From Candidatus Binataceae bacterium (lineage in GTDB: Bacteria > Desulfobacterota > Binatia > Binatales > Binataceae), in assembly GCA_035533435.1 (NCBI GenBank), contig DATLTX010000058.1, forward strand, positions 27 through 64,026: DNA of 64,000 nt. Reading direction: 5' to 3'. The notes beneath the pieces were generated by a model. That model made no database searches. It was not told the DNA's origin and saw only the letters and a list, made by a program, of their open reading frames with translations. Below, in pieces: positions 20,609-34,493 of the stretch; position 1 is the first letter of the stretch; each line of letters opens with the position of its first letter. The position numbers and the translations under genes were made by a program.

Positions 20609-20913
20609 GCCTGCGTGTGCATCCTTTGCCAGACCAGGTAAAAGCCCGCCGCCACGCCAAGGAAAACCAGCGTCGCGCTCCAGAAAACCCCGGAGTCAAA
20701 AACCCCGTCCAGCCAGCGGCCGACGAACGCGCCCAACAGCGGCGGCCCGACGATGGTCCATCCGAACCTGCCCATCATCGCGAGTGCGCGTCCGAGCGGC
20801 CATTCTCCGGTTCGGTCCCAGTATTCGCTTCTGGCTCGCACTTTATCGACAGCCTTGGCGAGCTTGCGCTCCTCCTCGTCGGAAGGTCCGCCGTTCTTGG
20901 AGTCGCCGGTCAT
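20605..20913 (-). CDS. atpQ: N-ATPase AtpQ (AtpI/AtpZ-like) membrane protein
   Basis: About 100-aa protein with two predicted TM helices. It sits immediately after atpC and is translationally coupled (ATGA) on both sides. Confidence 0.5.
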   Translation of the reverse strand: MTGDSKNGGPSDEEERKLAKAVDKVRARSEYWDRTGEWPLGRALAMMGRFGWTIVGPPLLGAFVGRWLDGVFDSGVFWSATLVFLGVAAGFYLVWQRMHTQA

Positions 20914-21338
20914 GGTTTGCGCACCAGCGGATCCCACGGTTGTTCACCTGGACGCAGGTAGCGGTAGAGCTGCTGAATTACGGCTTGCTGAAGACCCAAC
21001 GCTCCGAGCCGCGCGGCCTGTTCCGTCTCTGCGTTTTTCGTCATCTGCGCAAGAACGACCTCGCGCAAAATTTTGAGGCCTTCGCCCAGAACCGCTTCCC
21101 GCGTAGCGACCTCGACCGATTTGCCCTCGCGCACGCGAAGAACGCCGCCACGAACCGCCGCATAGTGTTCCAGGCCGGAGCGGTCGCGCCAGACGAGCAC
21201 ACTGATCGCCAGCGCCGTCAGAAAATCCGCATGTCCCGGCTGTATTCCGAAAGCTCCAGTCGAATCTTCGGCGCGGACGTGGCGCACGTTGTCCGCGCTG
21301 ACGACGATCGCGGTGGGAGTGGTGATGACCAGTTTCAT
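20910..21338 (-). CDS. atpC: ATP synthase epsilon subunit
   Basis: N-terminal beta-sandwich (GAFGIQPGHADFLTAL) and a C-terminal helical hairpin. Confidence 0.8.
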   Translation of the reverse strand: MKLVITTPTAIVVSADNVRHVRAEDSTGAFGIQPGHADFLTALAISVLVWRDRSGLEHYAAVRGGVLRVREGKSVEVATREAVLGEGLKILREVVLAQMTKNAETEQAARLGALGLQQAVIQQLYRYLRPGEQPWDPLVRKP

Positions 21339-21347
21339 CGGCGCGCG

Positions 21348-25368
<4,021 letters not shown>

Positions 25369-25372
<4 letters not shown>

Positions 25373-26541
25373 CCAGACGAGAAAAGCACCCGGTAGGTAT
25401 GCCGGGCGATCATCAGGTCTTCGTTGGTCGGGATGACGCGAACCCGGCAGCGGCTGGCGATCGAGCTGACCGTGTCGGCGTTGGCTTCATTACGCTCGCG
25501 ATCGAGGCTGATACCCAAATGCTCCAGCCCGGCGCAAATCTCCCAGCGTACCGGGGCGGCGCGCTCGCCGATTCCACCGGTGAAAACCAGCAGATCGAGT
25601 CCCTCCAGTGCGGCGGTTAGCGCGCCGATTTGTTTGCGCACCTGGTAGCAGAACATCGCCACGGCCTGGGCGGCGTCGGGTTCCCTGTCTCTGCGTTCCA
25701 GCAGCGTCTTCATGTCCGAGCTGATGCCCGAGACGCCCAGCAGGCCGGACTGATCGTTGACGAGCAGTTCGAGTTGCCGGGAATCGAGATGTTTCGCACC
25801 CTGCAGATAGACCATGATTCCCGGATCAAGATCGCCGCTGCGGGTTCCCATCATGAAACCGCCGCTCGGTGAAAATCCCATCGTGGTATCCAGCGGCCGT
25901 CCGCCGCGCACGGCCGCCATGCTCGCGCCGTTTCCGAGATGAGCTATTATCACCCGCGGAGGAGGACTAATGCCCAGGGTCCGCATGATGTACTCATAGG
26001 AGATACCATGAAATCCGTAGCGGCGGATGCCGTCGTTCCAGAACGCGCGCGGCAGCGCGAAGCGCTCGGCCACTTCAGGCATCGCGCGATGAAAAGCCGT
26101 GTCGAAGCAAGCAACCTGCGGGAGATCGGGAAAGCGCGAAGCGACCGCTTCGATACCGGCAATCTCGTCAGGCAGGTGCAGGGGAGCAAACGGCACCAGA
26201 CTTCGCAGCTCGCCGATAAGAGCGTCGGTGATCCGTTCCGGCGCCGCATGAGCGGGGCCGCCATGTACTATTCGGTGGCCGACCGCGTCAGGAGGCCGAA
26301 TACTCAGTCGCTCGAGTCCGGCAAAGGCAGCCCGCACGCCCGCTTGTGGCTCGAAGAAATCCTCGCCGGTGCTCTCGCTTTTCCCGCTGCCGGAGCTAAT
26401 CCACAGACGGGCGCCGCGCGCGCCGGTGCGCTCGATTGCGCCTTGCGCGAGCAACTCTTCGCCTCCACCGTCAAGCCGATAGAGCGCGAATTTCCGCGAC
26501 GAAGAGCCGCTGTTCAGGCAGAATATATTTTTTGGCGCCAT
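25369..26541 (-). CDS. ackA: acetate kinase
   Basis: ASKHA fold with N-terminal LNSGSSSRKFAL and an acetokinase signature. Overlaps the downstream gene by 4 nt. Confidence 0.9.
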
Positions 26542-26569
26542 CGCACGCCCGCCAGCTCGCAGGTTGTCT

Positions 26570-28978
26570 TTAGTATGGCCATTTCCAGTGCTCGATTTCC
26601 GGCTTGTCGATTCCGTGCTCGAATGCGTATTTCAGGTTCTCGTATATCTGGTCGGTTAGCCATTTCTTGACATGCGCGCCGCTTCCCTGCAGACGCGGCA
26701 CGCGATTGATTACGTCGATCGCAAGATTGAAGCGGTCCACCTGATTACTGATAGCCAGTTGCAGGGGAGTATTGATGCTTCCGAATTCCTTGTAGCCGCG
26801 CACATGCAGGTTGGCGTGATTGGCGCGCCGGTATGCGAGCTTGTGAATCAGCCACGGATAGCCGTGAAAGTTGAATATGACCGGCTTGTCGATCGTGAAC
26901 AAGCTGTCGAAATCGCGATCGCTGAGGCCGTGCGGATGCTCGGTTGACGGTTCGAGCTTGAACAGATCGACGACGTTGACGAAACGAATCTTCAAATCGG
27001 GAAACCGTTCGCGCAGAATCGCGGTCGCCGCCAGCGCCTCAGTCGTCACCACGTCGCCCGCGCTGGCTATTACCACATCAGGCTCGGCGCCCTGATCGGT
27101 GGAAGCCCATTCCCACAGGCCCAGGCCCTGTGCGCAATGGCGCTCGGCCGACTGCATATCAAGAAATTGGATATGCGGCATCTTGTCGGCGACGATCACA
27201 TTTATGTAGTTGGTGCTGCGCAGGCAGTGATCGCCAACGGAGAGCAGGCAATTCGCGTCAGGCGGCAGATAGATTCGCGTCACCAATGCGCTCTTGTTGG
27301 TAACCACGTCGATAAAACCCGGGTCCTGATGGGTAAAGCCGTTGTGATCCTGACGCCAGACCGTCGAGCTGATCAGGATGTTGAGCGACGACACCGCCGC
27401 CCGCCACGCGACTTCGCTGCGGCATTTCTCGAGCCACTTGGCGTGCTGATTGACCATCGAGTCGATCACGTGCGCAAACGCCTCGTAGGTCGAGAACAGC
27501 GCGTGTCTGCCGGTCAGGACGTAGCCCTCCATCCAGCCCTCGAGGTTATGCTCGCTCAGCATTTCCATCACCCTGCCGTCGGGCGACAGGTCGCCGCCGT
27601 CGTCGTCTTCGGGCTTGCGCTCGGCGAGCCAGGTTTTTTTGCTCACTTCGTAGATTGCCTGAAGCCGGTTCGACGCGGTTTCATCGGGACCAAAGACGCG
27701 AAAGCTGTGCATGTTCTCGCGCATCACGTCGCGCAGAAAGGTTCCCAGCACATACGTATTCTCGGCTTCGACGCGGCCCGGATGCTCGACTTTGACGGCG
27801 TAGTCGCGAAATTCCGGCATCCGCAGCGGCTTTCGCAACAGCCCGCCGTTGGCGTGAGGGTTGGCGCTGATCCGGCGGGCGCCGCGTGGCGCAAGCTCGG
27901 CAAGTTCGGCGACGAGTTTTCCCGCGCGATCGAACAACTCCTCGGGACGATAACTGCGCATCCAGCTTTCCAGAATTTTCAGATGCGCGGGATTGGCGGC
28001 AACGTCCAGGATCGGAATCTGATGCGCGCGCCACGAACCCTCGATCCGATGCCCATCGAGCTCTTTTGGCGCCGTCCATCCTTTCGGCGACCGCAGAATT
28101 ATCATCGGCCAACGCGGTCGCCCCGCCACGCCGCTTTGTCGAGCCTGCTCCTGGATCGATCGGATATCGCCGATGCATCGTTCCAGCGTGGCCGCCATCT
28201 TCTGATGCATCGCAAGCGGATCGTCGCCCTCGACGACATGGGGCGCGTACCCATAGCCATTGAATAGCGCCTCGAGTTCCTCGTGCGGAATGCGCGCCAG
28301 CACGGTGGGGTTCGCGATTTTGTATCCGTTCAGATGCAGGATCGGCAAAACCGCGCCGTCGCGGATGGGGTCCAGAAATTTGTTCGAATGCCACGAGGTC
28401 GCGAGCGGGCCGGTCTCCGACTCGCCGTCGCCAACCATCGCAACCACGAGCAGGTCGGGATTGTCGAAGGCCGCGCCGAACCCATGCGAGAGGCTGTAGC
28501 CGAGTTCGCCACCCTCATGAATCGAGCCCGGGGTTTCAGGCGTGCAATGGCTGCCGATACCGCCGGGAAAGGAAAACAATTTGAAAAATTGACGCAGCCC
28601 CTCTTCGTCCTGGCTCCGATCGGGATAGATCTCGGAGTAGGTTCCTTCGAGGTAGCTGTTCGACAGCACCGCGGGCGCTCCGTGGCCCGGGCCGGAGATA
28701 TAGAGCACATTCAGATCGCGCGCTTTGATCAGGCGGTTCAGATGGACCAGGACCAGCGACTGGCCCGGATCGGATCCCCAATGTCCGAGCAGGCGGCGCT
28801 TGATATGTTCGGCGCGAAGCGGCTCCCGCAGAAGAGGATTGTCGCGCAGATACAGCATCCCGACGCACAGGTAATTGCAGGCGCGCCAGTAAGCGTCGAT
28901 CTTGCGCAATTCGTCGGCGCTCAGCGGCGATGCGCCCGCTTTCGGATCGATCTTCTCTCCGTCAGCCATCTGATTCAC
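26570..28978 (-). CDS. xfp: phosphoketolase (xylulose-5-P/fructose-6-P phosphoketolase)
   Basis: 802 aa with the XFP N-terminal signature ([27 protein letters not shown]), TPP-binding motifs, and a C-terminal XFP domain. Confidence 0.9.
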   Translation of the reverse strand: MNQMADGEKIDPKAGASPLSADELRKIDAYWRACNYLCVGMLYLRDNPLLREPLRAEHIKRRLLGHWGSDPGQSLVLVHLNRLIKARDLNVLYISGPGHGAPAVLSNSYLEGTYSEIYPDRSQDEEGLRQFFKLFSFPGGIGSHCTPETPGSIHEGGELGYSLSHGFGAAFDNPDLLVVAMVGDGESETGPLATSWHSNKFLDPIRDGAVLPILHLNGYKIANPTVLARIPHEELEALFNGYGYAPHVVEGDDPLAMHQKMAATLERCIGDIRSIQEQARQSGVAGRPRWPMIILRSPKGWTAPKELDGHRIEGSWRAHQIPILDVAANPAHLKILESWMRSYRPEELFDRAGKLVAELAELAPRGARRISANPHANGGLLRKPLRMPEFRDYAVKVEHPGRVEAENTYVLGTFLRDVMRENMHSFRVFGPDETASNRLQAIYEVSKKTWLAERKPEDDDGGDLSPDGRVMEMLSEHNLEGWMEGYVLTGRHALFSTYEAFAHVIDSMVNQHAKWLEKCRSEVAWRAAVSSLNILISSTVWRQDHNGFTHQDPGFIDVVTNKSALVTRIYLPPDANCLLSVGDHCLRSTNYINVIVADKMPHIQFLDMQSAERHCAQGLGLWEWASTDQGAEPDVVIASAGDVVTTEALAATAILRERFPDLKIRFVNVVDLFKLEPSTEHPHGLSDRDFDSLFTIDKPVIFNFHGYPWLIHKLAYRRANHANLHVRGYKEFGSINTPLQLAISNQVDRFNLAIDVINRVPRLQGSGAHVKKWLTDQIYENLKYAFEHGIDKPEIEHWKWPY

Positions 28979-29099
28979 CTTTCCGCTCGCGATTCGCCAG
29001 AGATCGTCGATACTATCATTAACGATAGTCCCCGGAGCTGATGTCCAAAACCATTAATCGGTGTGACGCGCCGGAGATTGAGAGCGACGATGTATCGAG

Positions 29100-29115
29100 A
29101 GCAATCGGCGTGCCG
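29100..29115 (-). promoter_or_regulatory. candidate sigma54 -24/-12 promoter for xfp-ackA-phosphorylase-atp unit
   Basis: Minus-strand cGGCACGccgaTTGCt with exact GG-N10-GC spacing, ~120 nt upstream of the xfp ATG. Confidence 0.55.
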
Positions 29116-29268
29116 CTGGTTCGCGCGCGAATTGCGATGTCTCGCAAAGCCGACGGCGCCGCCGCGAACCGACCAAACGGCACAACCGCCAGTCAAGCGA
29201 TGCACCCAAAAGACGCATCGCGCCGCTTGCGCAAGCTCATCGGCACGTGAAACCGCCTTCGTTCGAGT

Positions 29269-29284
29269 TGGCTCGATTTTAGCT
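29269..29284 (+). promoter_or_regulatory. candidate sigma54 promoter for CBS-Dx-metal-ABC operon
   Basis: TGGCtCGatttTaGCt with GG-N10-GC, 50 nt upstream of ATG 29335. It overlaps a 14/15-nt tandem direct repeat. Confidence 0.4.
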
Positions 29285-29300
29285 CCTCGATTCTAGCTCG
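29272..29300 (+). repeat. tandem direct repeat CTCGATTTTAGCTC / CTCGATTCTAGCTCG
   Basis: Two adjacent 14/15-nt copies with a single mismatch, overlapping the -12 element of the 29269 promoter candidate. Confidence 0.6.
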
Positions 29301-29334
29301 ATGATGAGAGTGCAAAGCAACGGAGGATGACGCG

Positions 29335-29817
29335 ATGAAAGTCGAAAACATGATGAATCGCGAGGTCAAAACCTGTCATCCGCAGGACCGCCTCAACCAG
29401 GGCGCCCAAGTCATGTGGGAAAATACCTGTGGCGCCGTTCCGGTCGTTGACCAGCAATCCCGCCCGGTCGGATTCCTCACCGACCGCGACATCTGCATGG
29501 CCGCCTACACGCAGGGCAAGCGCCTTCAGGAGATGACCGTCGAGGGCGCGATGTCGCATAAGATTGTCACCTGCCACGCCGATGACGACCTGTCGGCCGC
29601 GATGAGAACGATGGCCGAGACGGGACTTCGCAGGCTGCCGGTGACCGGCCAGGACGGCTCACTGGTCGGGATCCTGTCGCTCGATGATATTGCTTGCGAA
29701 GCGGGAAGAACGATGCGGGGCGGCGTGAATTTGGAGTTGCGCTCGCAGGTCGCCGACATCACAATCGCGGTCTGTCGAGGCCGGGTTAAGGCCCGTGCTC
29801 CAATCAAATCTGACTGA
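29335..29817 (+). CDS. CBS domain pair protein
   Basis: Two CBS motifs (VKTCHPQDRLNQGAQVMWENTCGAVPVVD... and IVTCHADDDLSAAMRTMAETGLRRLPVTG...). Confidence 0.8.
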   Translation: MKVENMMNREVKTCHPQDRLNQGAQVMWENTCGAVPVVDQQSRPVGFLTDRDICMAAYTQGKRLQEMTVEGAMSHKIVTCHADDDLSAAMRTMAETGLRRLPVTGQDGSLVGILSLDDIACEAGRTMRGGVNLELRSQVADITIAVCRGRVKARAPIKSD

Positions 29818-29825
29818 GGGTACTT

Positions 29826-29966
29826 ATGCCGACGCTTGGAAAACGGTATCTATGCGAGAAGTGCGGAACCGAAGTTCTGTGCAACAAGGCCGGCGCCGGC
29901 ACCCTCGAATGCTGCGACGCGCCGATGAAGATCAAAGAAGCAAAGCCACTGCCCTCGTCCGACTAG
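29826..29966 (+). CDS. desulforedoxin-like small metal-binding protein (not in ORF track, 46 aa)
   Basis: The ORF is MPTLGKRYLCEKCGTEVLCNKAGAGTLECCDAPMKIKEAKPLPSSD. The motif C-x2-C ... GTLxCC matches the Cys4 pattern of desulforedoxin. A GAGGG RBS lies 7 nt upstream. Confidence 0.55.
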   Translation: MPTLGKRYLCEKCGTEVLCNKAGAGTLECCDAPMKIKEAKPLPSSD

Positions 29967-30003
29967 GCGCGCGCAAATCCCGACTTGCCGGGGCATCCGC
30001 AGC

Positions 30004-30714
30004 GTGAAGAATTCGACGATTCTCGAGGTTGAGCGGCTGGCGGTCCGTTTCGGCTCGGCTGAAGTTTTCTCCAATCTGACCTTTCAGGTCGCGCGCGGCA
30101 GTTCTTTGGCGGTCATCGGACCCAACGGCGCGGGCAAGACGGTCCTGTTCCGGGCGCTGATCGGAGTTCAGCAGTACGCGGGATCCGTACGCTGGACGCC
30201 GGGAACCAAAATCGGTTACGTGCCGCAGAAGCTTGATATCGAGCGCGATCTTCCCATCACCGCGAACGATTTTCTGCGCGCAAGAACTTCTGTCGCGCGC
30301 GCAAGCAGGGACGAGCCGCTGCGCGTGCTGGCTCGGGTAGGGTTGGAACCCGCCCTGCTCCATCAGCAGATCGGCACGATGTCGGGCGGACAGTTTCAGC
30401 GGCTGCTCATTGCGTTCGCGCTAATTGGGCATCCCGATGCATTGCTGCTCGACGAACCTGCAGCCGGGATGGACGCGCCCGGGCAGGAGAAGCTCAATGA
30501 TACGCTGCGTTCGCTCCAGACCGATGACGGGGTGACGATCCTGTTCATCTCCCATGACTTGAGCGTCGTTTACGGCTACGCCTCACAGGTGCTGTGCCTG
30601 CGACGCGGAGACTCTCGTATGGGCCCACCCGAAGAAGTTCTTACCCCCGATCGACTGAAAGAAATCTACGGCACGCCGATCGCCTTCCACATTCACGAGA
30701 GCAATGGAAACTAG
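30004..30714 (+). CDS. metal (Zn/Mn) ABC transporter ATP-binding protein
   Basis: Walker A GPNGAGKT, signature MSGGQFQRLLIA, Walker B LLLDEP. ZnuC/MntA-like size. GTG start. Confidence 0.8.
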   Translation: MKNSTILEVERLAVRFGSAEVFSNLTFQVARGSSLAVIGPNGAGKTVLFRALIGVQQYAGSVRWTPGTKIGYVPQKLDIERDLPITANDFLRARTSVARASRDEPLRVLARVGLEPALLHQQIGTMSGGQFQRLLIAFALIGHPDALLLDEPAAGMDAPGQEKLNDTLRSLQTDDGVTILFISHDLSVVYGYASQVLCLRRGDSRMGPPEEVLTPDRLKEIYGTPIAFHIHESNGN

Positions 30715-31456
30715 GGCACTGGTGCTTTCAACCGAGATGGCAGTCGCGGCCGGGACGGTCGGATGCTTTGCCGTGATGCGCAAAATGACGCTGGCAGCCG
30801 ACGCGTTTTCGCACGTCGCCCTGCCCGGCATCGGTTTGGCCCTTGTCATGCGGCTTAATCCGCTGCTCGGCGCGGTCGCGGCCCTGATGCTCGGCGCGTT
30901 AATCATTTGGGGAGTCGAGAACCGCACCGGAATATCGACCGAAACCATCACCGGTGTGGTGTTTTCGCTCGCGCTGGCGATCGGCAGCATGATGGCTTCG
31001 GGTGAGGAGTTGATCGATGCGTTGTTTGGCGCCCCGGGCGCGCTGTCGAACACCGAGGCGACGGTGGGTCTGGTGGGCGGAGCGGCAGTCATCGCGTTCA
31101 TGCTGTTCGCCAGAGATCGACTGCTGATCTCGATGGTCTCGGCGGAAGTCGCGGCCACCTCCGGAATCAACGTGCGACGCCTGAACCTGGCCTATCTTGC
31201 CGCTTTCGCGCTGACCGTCGCACTCGGTCTGCGTTACCTTGGGGTTCTGCTGATGGGTTCGTTAATAATCATCCCGGCCGCAACCGCAAAGCGCATCGCC
31301 CGCAACATCAATGGAATGCTGGCGATCGCCGTGGGTGTTTCGGTCGCTTCCACGCTTCTCGGAACCTTGATCGCCGCTTCGATTCATCGCCCGACCGGCC
31401 CGATAATCATCACGATCGCGGGCGCGCTGTTTTTCCTGAGCCTTGCATGGCGCTGA
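30704..31456 (+). CDS. metal ABC transporter permease (ZnuB/MntB family)
   Basis: Eight-TM ABC-3 permease pattern (DAFSHVALPGIGLAL). Overlaps the ATPase gene. Confidence 0.8.
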   Translation: METRALVLSTEMAVAAGTVGCFAVMRKMTLAADAFSHVALPGIGLALVMRLNPLLGAVAALMLGALIIWGVENRTGISTETITGVVFSLALAIGSMMASGEELIDALFGAPGALSNTEATVGLVGGAAVIAFMLFARDRLLISMVSAEVAATSGINVRRLNLAYLAAFALTVALGLRYLGVLLMGSLIIIPAATAKRIARNINGMLAIAVGVSVASTLLGTLIAASIHRPTGPIIITIAGALFFLSLAWR

Positions 31457-31592
31457 AAGCGGTCGTCGCGGCGGCCGCCAGGTCCCCGATCTCGAGTGCA
31501 TTGGATGTATCGATCGGAGTCATCGGACGGTTTGATCCGCGATTGAAGGGCGTCGGGCCGGCGCTTATTGCACCGGCGACCAGTCACGCCAT

Positions 31593-31608
31593 TGGCATCG
31601 CCGTTGCT
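31593..31608 (+). promoter_or_regulatory. candidate sigma54 promoter for HlyD/ABC-2 efflux operon
   Basis: TGGCATcgccgTTGCT, ~15-25 nt upstream of the HlyD start codons. Confidence 0.4.
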
Positions 31609-31621
31609 CCTCTTGACCGAT

Positions 31622-32737
31622 ATGGACGTTCCCATGAGTCCCGAAACGGCTCAGGAATCCCGATTCAGCCGACGTCGAGTGGTGTTGTCGATCGCGGCGG
31701 CGGCGATCCTGGCGGGCGCTGCGACTTACGGGTTCCTGATTTGGCAGTATGCCGGAGCGCAGAAGTCGCTGACGCTTTACGGCAATGTCGATATCCGCGA
31801 AGCCCAGCTCGCATTCAACGACAACGAACGCATCACGCGGATGCTGGTGCAGGAAGGCGATTATGTCCATCCGGGTGAGTTGATCGCCGAACTGGAAACC
31901 GTGCGCTACGCGGCCGCCGCGCAGCAGGCCGAAAAGCAGGCGGCCAACCAGCGCCAGGTTCTGACCCGGATGCTAAACGGCTCGCGCCCGGAAGAGATTG
32001 TACAGGCGCGCTCAACGATGCAGGCGCTGGAGGCGACGCTTCGCGACGCCGAGATTACCTATCATCGCAATCTCGAACTCCGGCGGCATCTTGTCATCCC
32101 GGAGCAGACCCTCGACGACTCGATCGCGCAGATGAATTCGGCTCGGGGAAATTACGAAGCCGCGCACCAAGCCTATATCCTGGCCGTCAAAGGACCGCGG
32201 ATCGAAGATATCAACGCCGCCAGCGAGCTGCTCAAAGCCGACGAGGCGGCGCTGGCGCTGGCTGAGCGCGAACTCCACGACACGAAACTTTACGCGCCGT
32301 CGGTCGGCGTAATCGAAGACCGCATCCTCGAGCCGGGCGATATGGCGTCGCCGGGAGTGCCGGTCTTCACGATGGCGCTGACCAATCCGCTATGGGTGCG
32401 CGCATACGTTCCGGAGATTTACCTGGGCAGAATCTATCTGGGTATGAAGGCGTCGATCACGACCGACAGCTTTCCCGGCAAGATTTTTAATGGATGGATC
32501 GGCTACATATCGCCGACCGCCGAATTCACGCCCAAGAACGTCGAGACGCCCGAGCTGCGGACGCGGCTCGTTTACCAAGTGCGCGTATACGCCTGCAATC
32601 CGCAAAATGAACTCAGGCTCGGGATGCCCGCGACGGTGACGGTCGCGCTCGATCAACCGATCCCGAACGCAAACCAGGTAAACGGCCTTGGATGCGGAAA
32701 CCAAAGTCAGCGCGACGGACAAGCCGAAATCCGCTGA
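31622..32737 (+). CDS. HlyD-family membrane fusion protein
   Basis: N-terminal TM, a biotinyl/lipoyl-like hairpin and a long coiled coil, followed by a beta-barrel C-terminal domain. The start is uncertain (31622 or 31634). Confidence 0.7.
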   Translation: MDVPMSPETAQESRFSRRRVVLSIAAAAILAGAATYGFLIWQYAGAQKSLTLYGNVDIREAQLAFNDNERITRMLVQEGDYVHPGELIAELETVRYAAAAQQAEKQAANQRQVLTRMLNGSRPEEIVQARSTMQALEATLRDAEITYHRNLELRRHLVIPEQTLDDSIAQMNSARGNYEAAHQAYILAVKGPRIEDINAASELLKADEAALALAERELHDTKLYAPSVGVIEDRILEPGDMASPGVPVFTMALTNPLWVRAYVPEIYLGRIYLGMKASITTDSFPGKIFNGWIGYISPTAEFTPKNVETPELRTRLVYQVRVYACNPQNELRLGMPATVTVALDQPIPNANQVNGLGCGNQSQRDGQAEIR

Positions 32738-34493
32738 AGTCGCGCTGCGGCTCGAGTCCGTCAGCAAGCGTTTTCAGGAAGCCGCGCACACGGCTCAGGC
32801 GCTCGACCAGGTTAGTATCGTGGCCAAGCGCGCGATCATAACCGGACTGATTGGTCCCGACGGCGCGGGCAAAACCACCCTGATGCGCCTGGCCGCCGGG
32901 CTGCTCGCTGCCGACGCCGGAAAAATCACGGTGCTCGGAATAGACGTCGCCGCCGAGCCGCAGCGTGTTCAATCGATAATCGGATACATGCCGCAACGCT
33001 TCGGCCTGTACGATGACCTGAGCGTGCAGGAGAACCTTGACCTGTACGCCGACCTGCACGGCGTCGGCCCCGCCGAGCGGCCTGATCGATACGCCGATCT
33101 GATGCGGATGACCGGGCTTGCACCTTTCACAACCCGGCTTGCCGGCCGTCTGTCCGGTGGAATGAAGCAGAAGCTGGGCCTTGCCTGCGCGCTGGTCGGC
33201 TCGCCGCCGCTGCTGCTGCTGGACGAACCCACGGTTGGCGTCGATCCGGTCTCGCGCCGCGAACTGTGGGCGATAATCCATCGCCTCGTCGCCGATCGCG
33301 GCGCAACGGTCCTGCTCAGCACCGCGTACCTTGACGAAGCCGAGCGCTGTACCGAGGTCATCCTGATGCATGACGGCAAGCTGCTCGGCCAGGACGATCC
33401 GGCCGCGTTCACGAGCAAGCTCGCGGGCCGGAGCTTTCAAGTCTTCGCGCCGGGCATCTCAAAGCGCGCGCTCCAGGAGCGGGTGAGCAGAGCGCCGGGA
33501 GTTCTGGACGCGATAATTCAGGGCTCTCGAGTTCGCGTCGTTACCGAACAGGCGACGCCGCCAACCGCCGAGCAATTGGTCGGTGGCGAATACGCGGTCG
33601 AGATCGCGCCGGTTGCCCCGCGCTTCGAAGACAGCTTCGTAAGCCTGCTCAAAGGACCCGACGGTCGTGACATACCCGTCGCGAATCACGCGCCCGGCGC
33701 AGCGCCGCGAGCGAGCGGAGCTGGGGCGCCTGACGTGATCGCGGTGCGCAACCTGACCCGCCGCTTCGGGGATTTTTACGCCGTCCGCGACGTAACTTTC
33801 ACGGTCCGGCGCGGGGAAATTTTCGGTCTTTTGGGCGCCAACGGCGCTGGCAAATCGACCACGTTCCGGATGCTGTGCGGTCTGCTGCCGGCTTCGGAAG
33901 GCACCGTGCAGGTTGCGGGGCTCGATCTGCGCCGCGCGGCGGCGCGCGCGCGCGGGCGCATTGGTTACATGGCGCAGAAATTCTCGCTGTATGGCGACCT
34001 TTCGGTGTTGCAGAACCTGCGCTTCTTCAGCAGCGTCTATGGACTTTCCGGAGACCATCAGCGCGCGCGTCTCGCATGGGCGCTCGAGGAATTCGAGCTC
34101 GCTCCGTTCGCCGACGCGACCAGCCGCGATCTTCCGCTTGGTTTCAAGCAGCGCCTCGCGCTCGCGGTGGCGCTGATGCACCAGCCCGACATCCTGTTTC
34201 TCGACGAGCCGACCTCCGGCGTCGATCCGCTCGGACGGCGCGACTTCTGGCGCCGGATCAACGCGCTCGCCGAGAGCGGAATCACGATCATGGTCACTAC
34301 TCACTTCATGGAAGAAGCCGAGTATTGCGACCGATTAGTCATAATGGCGCAGGGCCGGATTCTCGCCGAAGGAACCTCCGAGGAAATGAAGGCGCGCTTC
34401 ACCACCGATGCGCTCCCGAACCCGACCATGGAGGACGCCTTTGTCGCGCTCATTACCGAGTCCGAGAGTCATCGCGTCGAGGCCGCCGCATGA
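32688..34493 (+). CDS. ABC transporter ATP-binding protein with duplicated ATPase domains (RbbA/YhiH-like)
   Basis: Two Walker A motifs (GPDGAGKTT, GANGAGKST) and two ABC signatures. The start may be a non-ATG codon downstream of 32688, since the called start overlaps the HlyD gene by 50 nt. Confidence 0.85.
   Translation: MDAETKVSATDKPKSAEVALRLESVSKRFQEAAHTAQALDQVSIVAKRAIITGLIGPDGAGKTTLMRLAAGLLAADAGKITVLGIDVAAEPQRVQSIIGYMPQRFGLYDDLSVQENLDLYADLHGVGPAERPDRYADLMRMTGLAPFTTRLAGRLSGGMKQKLGLACALVGSPPLLLLDEPTVGVDPVSRRELWAIIHRLVADRGATVLLSTAYLDEAERCTEVILMHDGKLLGQDDPAAFTSKLAGRSFQVFAPGISKRALQERVSRAPGVLDAIIQGSRVRVVTEQATPPTAEQLVGGEYAVEIAPVAPRFEDSFVSLLKGPDGRDIPVANHAPGAAPRASGAGAPDVIAVRNLTRRFGDFYAVRDVTFTVRRGEIFGLLGANGAGKSTTFRMLCGLLPASEGTVQVAGLDLRRAAARARGRIGYMAQKFSLYGDLSVLQNLRFFSSVYGLSGDHQRARLAWALEEFELAPFADATSRDLPLGFKQRLALAVALMHQPDILFLDEPTSGVDPLGRRDFWRRINALAESGITIMVTTHFMEEAEYCDRLVIMAQGRILAEGTSEEMKARFTTDALPNPTMEDAFVALITESESHRVEAAA

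Noticed and set aside
19659-20699. Long 346-aa version of the a-subunit ORF, and a 132-aa version of the c-subunit ORF.
   Set aside because: The N-terminal extensions are Arg/Gly-rich shadow sequence overlapping atpR/atpQ and atpB respectively. Internal starts carry ATGA coupling or a GGAGG RBS.
29240-29258. cGGCACGtgaaaccGCC upstream of the CBS gene at 29335.
   Set aside because: The spacing between GG and GC is 11 nt. The alternative site at 29269 has correct spacing and is preferred.
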